From Stylophora pistillata (lineage: Eukaryota), in the NCBI RefSeq assembly GCF_002571385.2, contig NW_019217945.1:140911-204910 (forward strand): a stretch of 64,000 nucleotides of DNA. The letters run 5' to 3'. Positions 40,101 to 50,560 of the stretch are shown in pieces. Position numbers and translations under genes: made by a program. The notes under the pieces were generated by a model. That model had not been told where the DNA came from and ran no database searches. It worked only from the letters and a program-made list of their open reading frames with translations. Position 1 is the first letter of the stretch. Every line of letters begins with the position of its first letter.

Positions 40101-43019
40101 AAAAGTTATGTGATATCACGACAATGTAGGAAGTTTAAGAAGCCAAACAGTTCTATTTTACAAATATGTTAGGAGTTAATTATACACTTACACACACGCG
40201 TGGATGGACATAAACGAAAGGCATCTTCAATATATAAACACTACCACGAACGGCACAGCGAAGTCCCGAAAGACCTACTGAAACGTTTTAGCACCTTACA
40301 CCTTCACAAGTTCGATTGATTGGTGAACGAAATGCTTTTCATCAGAGACCTAAAACCCACTCTGAACGTGCAAAGCGATTCCATTCGCGCAAAAGTATTT
40401 GTATAATTAGCTCCTAACATATTTATGCTAATTTAGTGTTACACCTTGCCGCAAACTTTGTAATTTTTATTTCTCCTTGACAATGGCGTCATGAAGACAC
40501 CGAAACGTCGGTTTTTATTGTTGGTTTTTGCTTGTCTTTGCATTTCCAAATCTTTATTGATAAGTATTTAATGAAGATAACTTTATATTCCGTGTTGTAA
40601 AATAGAACTGCTTAACTTCTTAAAGTTCCTACATTGTCGAGATATCACATAACTTTTTCTTGTTGCGCTCTACATTAATGTATTTTCTCGTCTAACCCAC
40701 AGCTGACGAATTTCTTACCTCTACATTTTGGTGCATATCCTATTTTACCGGGTCCACAAGGAACTTTGCCGGCTGGAAAAAAAAAAAAAAAACACAAGTC
40801 CTTTCTTAAGCATATTTTTGGCTTTTCGCTCGCTTAAGCTAAAATGAAACCCTGGACAACGTGCGGTGTTGTCGCTGGGTGAGTGCACAGCGGAGCTGCA
40901 CTGATTTTTACTTTTTTAGGGAATCTATATCTTTAAGGCAGTAGATGCACCCTGTTTGGTCGGTAGATACGTTTAGACGAGAGTATGTAAACACAGAAGT
41001 GAACTTTTTTGGTCTCACGGATGTTTTTTCGGAATATTTAATGTAAGCAAAGATGAATTTTTGTGTTTACATTGCCTCGTCTTAGGTAACATTCGGGAGG
41101 TTGACAAAATACGAGATAGTTTAGCAACCCGAGATACTTCCTTGAGTTAAGTTTGAAAAAGAAACATTGAATAACACATCTATAAGGGTGGAATTGCTTG
41201 CCTGACACAGTTCAAATTTTAATCACCTGATTTAGCGCAGTAAGCCGAACAATCGTCCGTACTCTGTAAACGATAAACAACGAAGCCACCACAATGAATC
41301 ACGTGAACAGGTAACCGCCACAAGCAACAAAACCTGTCCACCCCCTTCCACGCTACACATGCGCTACCATTCCTTTCCTCTCCAAACTCGGGATGTCCCG
41401 CGGGTGGCAACCATATCTGAGCATGAGTACCACACGAACCAATTTCAGGGCAGCTCGTAGGAATTTCGGCGGGAATCCCATCAAGCTCCAACTTGTACCA
41501 GGCCTCCTGTAACTTGTTATCACACAGGGGAAGGACAGAGTCCACTTGATTGGACTGCGCACGCGTAGGAATGTCAAGAATTTTGTGACCTGATGGGTGA
41601 CATTGTGGTCTGTCTGCGGTAAAAAATAATGACGACAAGTTTCTGTGATGCAGAAATGACGTCGCTGAGGAGCGAGTGCGTGTCTAAAGCGGATGAACTG
41701 ATATCTCGGTCACCTTTTGTTTTTGCTTGGTATGTGCTGTTGGCCTCTCGAAACCTAGACTAAACTATTCTATGGCCACTTATAGACCCCATCTTAATTA
41801 CTTTTGGGCAAATGTAATTTTCGCAATCCCAACTTAACCTTATAATGCCATTTAAAACAAAACACGACTTTAAACACGGTAACAACTTTCAAGCCGGAAA
41901 TCTTCCCATTTCTAAATCCCTACTTGACAGAATTTTTTTACCTCGCAATTCCCGAAATTGTGCGACCCCTTCCTGGTACCTCAACTGAAAATGTAACCCC
42001 ATTAAAGTCAATCCAGTTGGGAAATGCGATCCCATTCAGGCACACCCCCATTGGCCTATTATTAGGAAGTGCTCCCTCCCCCGCTCCCTGGGGAAATAAA
42101 GTAACCTTAATGATATATTATGTATTGTTCAGCTTTTAATAATCGTAATAATAGTAATAAAAATCATCTTCCTCCCACCTCCAGCTGTGAAGAGTTTTTG
42201 AATCCATTGAAGCACATCAGGGTCAATTCTTGAAAATAACGCGACGTCTCTGGTAGCGGAAGAACAAGTCTGTCCGTATGTGTAAACACCGACTACAAAC
42301 CAATGACCGTCCTGTTTGACGACAACTGGACTTCCTTGGTCAGTTGAACAAATTCCTTTCTTTCCAGCTACGGCACACCACGATTCATCTAACAATTTTC
42401 CCATGCTCCTGTCCCTGAAACTCCGTTGACAATCTCGGCCAGCAGTTAATAAAACGTCACTTTGGAGGAGCGTTTTATACTGGGAGCTTCGCCCAGATAA
42501 GTAACCCCATCCCGTAATCTTTCCGAGTAGACGGTTCGAGACCTTGTTAGTCTCAAAATCTGGTAGTTTCGCGTGAGATACAGGATGATCATCGGGCAGC
42601 ATAACTTTGCGTGCAAGGTACAGCAGACCGACGTTACCTGTCGAAGCTGAAGCGTTATACTTAGGATATACAAGCGCTCTCAGCACCGGCGCTGTGTCTT
42701 CGCCTGATGCTTGGAGATCGACATGATGATTTCCAACTCTGATGAACACCGTCGAATGATCGCTATCGTCATTGCGCTTTAGGTTCAATTTCTCTTTCAC
42801 CAGTCTAGTACACAAAGCTGATGATAAAATCCATCGCTCCTGAACTAAAACTCCGCTACATTTTACAGAACTCACGAACACATGCCAAGGAAATCTTTCT
42901 CCCAAGGGATGATGCGTTTGATTGCGTGAATTGAATGAGTTGTGTACGTCGTAAGAGGATGTTATCGCTAGAAAATACAGAGCCAACAAGATGTCGAAGG
43001 CGGCCATCGTACTTGGCAT
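28194..43019 (-). CDS. VWDE: VWDE-like secreted protein (vWF type D + many EGF repeats) with an apparent N-terminal inactive trypsin-like domain
   Basis: Exons 43019-42179, 41613-41227 (Cys-rich CDNKLQEAWY..PAEIPTSC..CGTHAQIWL), 40772-40719, 40050-39779, 39685-39596, 39108-38973, 38637-38414, 38280-38207, 37935-37869, 37769-37560 (VHTRLWAC..CACGVAVRDGDDVI), 37027-36840, 36462-36006, 35815-35611, 34946-34777, 34573-34349, 34053-30567 (EGF array), 30317-30134, 29653-29328, 28607-28546, 28457-28359, tentative last exon 28228-28194. Phases agree throughout except across the gap at 28828-28845. Confidence 0.85.
28860..28990 (+). repeat. Dispersed, diverged copy of the 251-bp structured repeat (3' part), next to a gap
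   Basis: tttttcaggtctgattttcactattgctcaaatagtgctttactgcgaaggatcgtgcac matches the minus strand of the 56870-58014 unit. Confidence 0.8.
29857..30070. mobile_element. TTAA-bounded MITE family (related copies at about 29110-29268, 36515-36727 and 54217-54427)
   Basis: Ends ttaaccct.. / ..ggttaa-like; shared interior (aaattctc, acagtatggagaatatg..ctgatgttaggg). Confidence 0.65.
35195..35525 (+). mobile_element. tRNA-derived SINE with LINE-like 3' tail
   Basis: A box tagctcaattgg, B box ggttcgagccc; tail gaaaagcccctatggggagtggtcaattaa.(tatg)n. Confidence 0.8.
37135..37460 (-). mobile_element. SINE with V-core-like central domain (second fragment at 39190-39305)
   Basis: Shared ccggagcttatc...gggatg.tagt.cat.gcaaggttaccc between the two loci; degenerate tRNA-like head on the minus strand near 37400-37460. 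Confidence 0.6.
40088..40672. mobile_element. TIR element (~75-bp TIRs) containing a nested Penelope-like fragment
   Basis: caagaaaaagttatgtgatatcacgacaatgtagga..ctattttacaa is inverted with ttgtaaaatag..tcctacattgtcgagatatcacataactttttcttg. Confidence 0.8.
40162..40545 (+). mobile_element. 5'-truncated Penelope-like retroelement (GIY-YIG C-terminus + 3' UTR)
   Basis: 40185-40406 reads HLHTRVDGHKRKASSIYKHY...KFD*LVNEMLFIRDLKPTLNVQSDSIRAKVFV*. The 5' junction is an inverted copy of the post-stop sequence. Hammerhead-like motif cttgacaat-ggcgtc atgaa gacacc-gaaacgtc at about 40475-40510. Confidence 0.75.
42179..43019 (-). CDS. Signal peptide + serine protease homologue (S1 fold, catalytic triad lost)
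   Basis: FPWHV, CSGVLV..WILSSALC (for TAAHC), GNVGLL (for DIALL), ITGWG, ICSTDQGSPVV (for GDSGGP); hydrophobic leader FDILLALYFLAITSS; upstream UTR intron of about 43022-43190. Confidence 0.9.
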
Positions 43020-43873
43020 CTCTGTAATACGTGTTCCGCTTCCGACTTTATGCTGACGGCTTATGCCCTTAATGGTTTTATTATTTACCACACGGGGTAA
43101 TCGGTAAATATTTGTGGGTCGTCACTGGCCATACCGCTAATCGGCTCTCATTACCAAAATAACAGCTTTTTGCAAAAGCGTACACTTACTTGATGGATGT
43201 GGAAAGTGATATGTTTCCTGGCGGCAGATCAAGTAAATCTGTAGAACATTTGCTTGCTATTTGAAGTTTATTACTAATAACAGGAAAATATTCTTAAAAA
43301 ATTACTTCTCTTGAATATGTCTGCAATCGACAGAGAATTAAAAACTTCAACGTCATACCTTTCGCATTAAATCCATTTAGCAATCGAAGGTGACCACGAA
43401 ACTACAAAGGGTCACGAAAGGTCAAAAACTCCTTGTCACGTATTTTCATTTCACGCACAGAAATACCTTGAACACGAAGGCGTTTGAGGAGATCTTCTTC
43501 ACTCTGAATTCAACAATGACGTGACAAAGAAGGAATTTACTCGCACGAAAATGTTTTTAACCATGACAGTCCAAAGATCAAATCAACAAGATTTACGATT
43601 AAAGTGTATATGACATGAAATTTTTTTTTTCTTTTCTGCTAGTTCGATATATAAAACAAACGGTTCGAGAGTTAAAAATCGTTGAAAATAATTATAAACA
43701 CATAGTTTTCGTTAAACTACGCGCTAAGTTGGCTTAAAATTTGTCCCCTCGAACGCGCGGCCGAAAGGTCACGTGAACTTAACGTGTGACGTCAGGTTGT
43801 TTGACTCTCATTAGACCACTTTCACAAGTGGCTGCCGGATTAAAATTCTTTTGTTTACATTTTTGTTTACTTT

Positions 43874-44815
43874 TGCCCAACAATAGAAGCTGTACGAATA
43901 CCAGCAACACACCGATGCACCAGTTTCCTGTAAATCCAACAGTGAGAACCCAATGGGTGAAATTCGTGCAGCGGCACCGAGTTGATTTCGGCGAACCTGT
44001 TGCCAAACATGCCTCGTTGTGTTCGGCTCACTTTGAGCAAAGTTGTTACGAGGGCAGCTTGGCATTTTCGCTGGACGGTATGACGCAGATAAAACGGAAC
44101 AAAGTTCTTATCAAGGGCTCTGTTCCAACAAGACATGCAGTTCTACCAGAAGGTCCTGAAGTTCTGACAGATCGCAAAAGGCGACAGGTAAGCGTTTTCT
44201 CGTGATCTCCGATCATAAACATTAACATGTGTAAGTTTTTCTGATGTAAATAACCTATTCTTTTGGAAGCATTTATGTGTAAAATGTCCGTGTCTAATTG
44301 CGGTTTTGCCGTGCTGAAAGCAAACTGAACTGCTAAAACCTATACCTTAGTGAATCATCAACATGTTCACTGGAGTTTTGAGTATTGATTTATACAAGCT
44401 TTGTGATCGTTTCGAATCCTACACATAATCTTAGCAAAAGCAAGGGTGTCTTGTGCTCGATATATTTTATCAACCAGGATATTTTATGTTTTTGCTGCAG
44501 CTAAGGCGTGATGCCTTTGCAGAGTTTCATGTGTTGGAGGCGAAGAAAAAGAAGGTGGATGAGGCCATGGAAGAATCAATGAGTAACCTTGTAGATGATC
44601 ATGATGATNCAAACAAACAAACAAACAAACAAACTAAAAATGCACTAACATAATTAAATAAATTTATTTATTTTACAGAAGCAGAGCAGGCTAAAGTACA
44701 GATGTCTATCAGTGACAATACCCCAAGCAGCAGTCAACCCACTTCAAGACGACCTTACAATTGCTCAATATGCCAAAAACCATTGCGAAGTCACAAAAGC
44801 CCTTGCAAAAAATAA
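43874..44815 (+). pseudogene. THAP-domain transposase remnant; no DDE core visible
   Basis: PNNRSCTN..MHQFP..RTQWVKFV..LCSAHFE..GSVPT (THAP lacking its start and first Cys). Exons end 44187, 44501-44608 (broken by n at 44609) and 44679-44815 (CSICQKPLRSHKSPC*). Confidence 0.8.
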
Positions 44816-45146
44816 AGTGACCAAACTTTTTTCACAGGAAGGTATTCTGCATAGTACAATTTTCCTTTTTACTTCAAATTTTCCATGCCTGCATTGTACT
44901 GTACTCATCAACTTACAATATTTGCATTGTACCTACAACAAGGTGAAATTTTAAATGTAGTCAAACTCGTGTGCATGTAGAACCTACGCTGTTTCTGGTT
45001 CACAGTCCATACATTACCAAACAATAGAACTAGAAACAACCACCCATAACAATCAATTTGAAAATTGTTGTTTACCGAGACACAAAACACTGTATGTGAA
45101 ATTAGTGTAGAAGAATCACGTCATAGTTTTGATGATGTGTACCATG

Positions 45147-46288
45147 CTACTCTTTGTCATGAGCAGCAGCAAAACCTCTGGTATTTTGTGACTGGTATTT
45201 TGTTCTGATATTATGGTAAACACAGGCTGGTAGTGGTCTTCTGTTATCCCAGCCCATGTGGCCACAATGCCACCTCGTGGTCCATCGGTATGCAACAGCT
45301 CTAATGAACCTAGAGTAAAAGCACAATGAAAATTATATGGGAAGGTGTGTAAGAATGCCCTACATTACTACAGGACCCTGCCTTTCACCTCCCCATGAGA
45401 CACACATTGAAATAAAAAAATATTTATGTTTACGAATTGATAATGAACTGCAGAGCATTTCTCAAGCTTACATTTTCCGACAAGCTACTTTGCAAGCAAT
45501 CTTATTAGTTCCTGTTTTATGTTAGGTGAGTGCATGAGATAAAAGTCCAAGTAAATGCCGAATCTAACTTGGTCAACTTTTACAGCTTGAGATGCCTTAA
45601 TTTACCCTGATTTATCTGAAGCTTAATGCTTTATGCCCACCCAAGTGATTACGCTAGTTTAAACATTGTATGTTTTTATTTCTGTTTTTTACTAAAAATG
45701 TACTGACTCGTTTTCTGACATTCCACCTCGGCGACGGTAAGTCCCTCCATCCTGGTTTCTCAACAAGGGAGCCACTTGGAGAAGAACTGCGCGGTTTGTA
45801 ATCGCATCGTAGTCCTCGTGTTGTGTGATGCATTTTATCCGTTCAATGGAACCATCAAAAACCATCTTTGCAGATGAATTTGTTACCTCTCTGCAACATC
45901 GAAACTCCAGGGAACCAACTAACGTCCCGGTATTACATTGCTTGCAGCGACACCTGAAGAAGACAGCAAAAATGAATTGTTGTCTAACAAAGATTTGCTA
46001 TAAGTATATATACAAGGAATTTTAAAGGACCAGTTTTACTAACCAGGAGTCTACGTCTACAGTTCTCTCGTATCTAGCCTCCAGAGTTGACGGGGTAAGT
46101 CCATCAACATCGGTTTGTTCGCTCGAAACGCCAGTTTCTTCGTCGTTCTCGTCCGCGAGCGGCTCATCTTGATATGGAGCTATCACACCAGTGATAACTC
46201 CCCATTCCTCTTCAGAACTGTCGCTTATTCCACAATCCATACTTTCTATAGAGTCAGACGACTCAATACTCTCGGAATCGCTGGACAT
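45147..46288 (-). CDS. KolX-like / P2X7 cytoplasmic ballast (nanor-like) Zn-binding protein, 217 aa
   Basis: Exons 46288-46044, 45953-45708, 45309-45147; no stops. Motifs PYQDEP, WCRCKQC, EFRCCRE, CITQHEDY, RAVAYRWTTRWHCGHMGWDNRRPLPACVYHNIR. Confidence 0.88.
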
Positions 46289-46570
46289 TTCGAAGCGTGA
46301 AACGATAGAATTGAGCGAGTAATCACAGCGTGTTACAAGGAAAACACTGAAAGTTGTTGACCTTGCCAATCATAGGATCAAACAACCTGACGTCACGAGT
46401 CCCAATTCTCGGCCCAGTCTCCGGGAACAATTTTACACATAAATTTAGCGTGTTTCGGGCGCTAAAAATCGACCAAAAAAATTGTTTCATTCATTTTAAA
46501 CTCTCAAACCGTTTATTATACACATGGAACTAGCTATCAACGAAAAAAAAAATTTCGTGTCATATACACT

Positions 46571-46728
46571 TTAACACGGAGATATACAAGAAGCTCAGTT
46601 GCTCGCCAAGTTTGTTTGGGCTGTGCGACGAAGCTTTGCTTGAGGTGAAAAGCCTCAGCACACAATGTAAGAGAAATCGATCAGATTGTCCGCAAAAATC
46701 TTACCTGAAACTATACTGAATACTTTCG
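46571..46728. repeat. Fragment of the same foldback family as 49249-50286
   Basis: ttaacacgga.atatac.ag.agctcagttgctc...ttgcttgaggtgaaaag...tatactgaatactttcg matches about 49434-49597. Confidence 0.85.
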
Positions 46729-47486
46729 TCTCCTGCATCTATTAATTAGATAATTTGATTAAGCAGGGGACATTAACGAACCCACATCACGAGATTACTG
46801 TGATGTGGTCTGGCCTGTTTACTGGAAATTGGGGGAAGGGGGGCATCTGTTAAAAAATTCACCTTTTTTGATTGTAAACTGCCACCGGCTGTCTGGTAAA
46901 GTCCCCCGCACAGTGTTGTAAAGCGCCTTGAACATAAGATAAAAGCGCTATAGAAATAAAAGTTATTATTAAGTTATTATGTTATTGTTATAAGTTGTGT
47001 GTCCGTTGTGTTTTTTGGCGATTTCCGCCGTTTTGGGTTTGCTTTGCCATCACTGTTTTTCCCAAACTATATTCTTTGTAACGCATTCAAATTCTCAACG
47101 GTTCCTCACGTAACTTAACACCACGTCACACCGGGCGTGACGCTTTTAAGAAATAATCTTTCGTTTTTCCTCGAAACGTGAGAGTTTGGACACGTGTGGA
47201 ATGATTAGCTTTTGATATGCTCAATTGAGGTCGTTGTTCACTTATATACTGCGATGAGAACAAATCTCACTTTTTTGCCTGTTGATAAATCACAGGCAGA
47301 TAATCTAATATAAAGCACAAGGCTCCTGACCTTAAACTGGCCAAGAAAAATCAAGAGGAGAACAAGAGATGATCATGCAAGGTGACTTTGCGTGACTCCT
47401 TTGACAGTCCGCTGACAGGGTGCTTAGAATCGCGCACTCTTTCCTCTGATGATAATCTCATGATTCCAGTTCATCAATAACGTACA

Positions 47487-47602
47487 ATGGACGCAAACCC
47501 TACAGAAGAATTCACAATAGAGGGGCCCAGTGCTGAAGAGATAAGGTCACTATCTCGACGATTGGGATTTGATATTGAAGACGGAGAGATATCCGTTTAC
47601 CT
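47487..47602 (+). CDS. Possible first coding exon truncated by a gap (weakly amidase N-terminus-like)
   Basis: MDANPTEEFTIEGPSAEEIRSLSRRLGFDIEDGEISVY, good start context (acaATGG); only 38 codons visible. Confidence 0.3.
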
Positions 47603-48197
47603 NNNNNNNNNNNNNNNNNNNNNNNNNNNNNNNNNNNNNNNNNNNNNNNNNNNNNNNNNNNNNNNNNNNNNNNNNNNNNNNNNNNNNNNNNNNNNNNNNN
47701 NNNNNNNNNNNNNNNNNNNNNNNNNNNNNNNNNNNNNNNNNNNNNNNNNNNNNNNNNNNNNNNNNNNNNNNNNNNNNNNNNNNNNNNNNNNNNNNNNNNN
47801 NNNNNNNNNNNNNNNNNNNNNNNNNNNNNNNNNNNNNNNNNNNNNNNNNNNNNNNNNNNNNNNNNNNNNNNNNNNNNNNNNNNNNNNNNNNNNNNNNNNN
47901 NNNNNNNNNNNNNNNNNNNNNNNNNNNNNNNNNNNNNNNNNNNNNNNNNNNNNNNNNNNNNNNNNNNNNNNNNNNNNNNNNNNNNNNNNNNNNNNNNNNN
48001 NNNNNNNNNNNNNNNNNNNNNNNNNNNNNNNNNNNNNNNNNNNNNNNNNNNNNNNNNNNNNNNNNNNNNNNNNNNNNNNNNNNNNNNNNNNNNNNNNNNN
48101 NNNNNNNNNNNNNNNNNNNNNNNNNNNNNNNNNNNNNNNNNNNNNNNNNNNNNNNNNNNNNNNNNNNNNNNNNNNNNNNNNNNNNNNNNNNNNNNNN

Positions 48198-48277
48198 TCG
48201 TCGAATAATCCCCTCGACTTCGTCTCGGGGATTATTCGACGATATTCACCGAACCTGAGGCGAATAATTGTTAAATA
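48198..48277. repeat. Hairpin end of an interspersed repeat at the gap edge
   Basis: tcgtcgaataatcccc...ggggattattcgacga, a 16-bp perfect stem. Confidence 0.6.
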
Positions 48278-48406
48278 CAAAGATAAATTACAAATAGCAA
48301 CAAATAATTAAAGCTAAATCTAAGAACTAATTAAAAATACTAATCACAAAGTATTAACTAAAAGTAATACTAGCAAAGTCAATTAAAATTCACGGTGTTG
48401 TGCGTG

Positions 48407-50560
48407 CTATGCGTCAGTGCTGGTCAATGCGTGCATAAAGGTAGTAGATCCGTAGTTATTGTCAACCGAGACAGTCCCTTTAGGTGGCTTACAGCAATTT
48501 AAGCGACTACCCCACTTGTCGCGGAAGCAAGGCATGAAATACCAAAAAAAGAAGGGGTTGGGCAGGGAATTAAAGAACTTTAAAATCTCGAATGAAACCA
48601 ATAGTTTCAAAACATTATCAGACGAGGCATTGCCTAACAGGTTGTATGATCGCAACATGAAAATTACAGATGTAGGACCCCAGAAAATAACACATAACAG
48701 GCTGAGCACAATCAGCATATGGCGGATCATCTTGTCTTTTTCATAAATGGAACTTTGCGGAGTTGTCTCTTGGTCCAAGATGAGGCTCTCTGATGTCGAT
48801 CTTATCCCTTGGGCTCCTCTCTTGAGACTTATCGCAATCATCGCATTCAGCGTTATTGTGGCCAGCATGGGGATTAAGAAGCCAAGACATAAATACCAGG
48901 TGGATGAGAATTGACCCCTCCCGTGACCTCTCTCCAAATCACACAGTTTGGGGACAGTGCAGTTTTTAAGATCTTCCGTGAAAATTACCCCTACCTCTTG
49001 GATTTCGGTGTACCTCGCGCTACGAGCACTAATGAGGATCGGAATGGCACTAACTGCTGCATAACTCCAAACTATTATGAAAATACAACAGGCTTTTCGA
49101 GAAGGGAATGTCTGCGTGACTCTCAAATTTAGTTTGTCGTAGTAGTTCCAAGAGATCAAAGCAAGTGTTATAAAAAACGCTGCCCCACACATTGCGTCAA
49201 TTGCCTGTAGCGCCCTGCACGGGTTTTTCGATTCTTCTGTACTATCGCCATCCTCGGAGACCCAGGGGCTGAGAAGATTTCAAGTTAGGGCATGAAGAGC
49301 CCCTGGGGACATTGTCTTACAAGACTAGTTCCAAACGGTCGCAGTCGTTCTGCCATCTGATTGGTGCCAGAAAATCTTTGTGTTTTTTCTGCCCAATCAG
49401 AGTGAAGTGTGCTTTAGAGTCCTTTCGTGTGTTTTAACACGGACATATACTAGTAGCTCAGTTGCTCACTATGTTTGTTTGGACCGTGCGACGGAGTATT
49501 GCTTGAGGTGAAAAGTTTCAGTCTCAGCATACAATGTAAGAGAAATCCATCAGATTGTCCGCGAAAATCTTACCGGAAATTATACTGAATACTTTCGCAG
49601 GTATCACTAGAGAACGTGTTTTAAAGTTTGCGAGGTTTGTATACCACACGATGGTTGCAGTCATTGATATGTCGCTTTAAACGATAAACGAGATTTAAGC
49701 TTAAATCTTTCTAGATTTTTTGCATAATTTGCTGTGACTGAAACTTTGCCAATCCCGTGAAGTTATTTCGTCGCACGGGCCACGCAGGTATGTCGAGCAA
49801 CTGGTACTTGCGCAACTTTCTGTGCATGNNNNNAAGCTTAAATCTAGTTTAACGTTTAAAGCGACATATCAATGACTGCAACCATCGTGTGGTATACAAA
49901 CCTCGCAAACTTTAAAACACGTTCTCTAGTGATACCTGCGAAAGTATTCAGTATAATTTCCGGTAAGATTTTCGCGGACAATCTGATCGATTTCTCTTAC
50001 GTTGTGTGCCGAGACTGAAACTTTTCACCTCAAGCAAATCTCTGTCGCACGGTCCAAACAAACATGGCGAGCAACTGGGCTACTAGTATATGTCCGTGTT
50101 AAAACACACGAAAGGACTCTAAAGCACACTTCACTCTGATTGGGCAGAAAAACACAAAGATTTTCTGGCACCAATCAGATGGCAGAACGACTGCGACCGT
50201 TTGGAACTAGTCTTGTAAGACAATGTCCCCAGGGGCTCTTCGTGCCCTAACTTGAAATCCACTCAGCCCCTGGGTCTCCGAGGATGTACTATCGCTTACC
50301 AGCAATAGTACCCATGGTACAATGGTTGCCAACCTGAACACGATGTCAACCAGCGACAGTTTGAATACGAAAAAGTTAACCAAGCTTGAGTTGTACGTCT
50401 TGGACCGGTACATATCAACACACAAGACTGCATTCAGAAATATTCCAATAACCAGCAGACAAGGAACCGATTTTCCCCAAACTACATCGATGATTTTGAC
50501 TGTGTGGCAGGACATGTGCAGTACGTGGATATCTGTTGTGCCCGACATATTGAGGTTCAT
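48407..50560 (-). pseudogene. Single-exon class A (rhodopsin-like) GPCR disrupted by a transposon
   Basis: Removing 49249-50286 and one TSD copy joins ...LLVSDST to EESKNPCRALQAIDAMCG..., giving an uninterrupted 368-aa ORF. TM motifs GIFLN, LSLVD, IVW..A..AIP, GFLIP, FWGP, NSLPNPFFF. Confidence 0.88.
49249..50286. mobile_element. Foldback DNA transposon, ~450-bp TIRs, 9-bp TSD
   Basis: Ends catcctcggagacccaggggctga / tcagcccctgggtctccgaggatg; TSD tactatcgc at 49240-49248 and 50287-50295; small gap in the centre. Confidence 0.93.

Larger units (their letters stand above)
43603..46570. mobile_element. Kolobok-type DNA transposon
   Basis: TTAA at 43599-43602 and 46571-46574. Long imperfect TIRs agtgtatatgacatgaaattttttttt..ctagttc..aaacggtt.gagagtt.aaaat. 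Two convergent genes (THAP protein, KolX-like). Confidence 0.88.
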
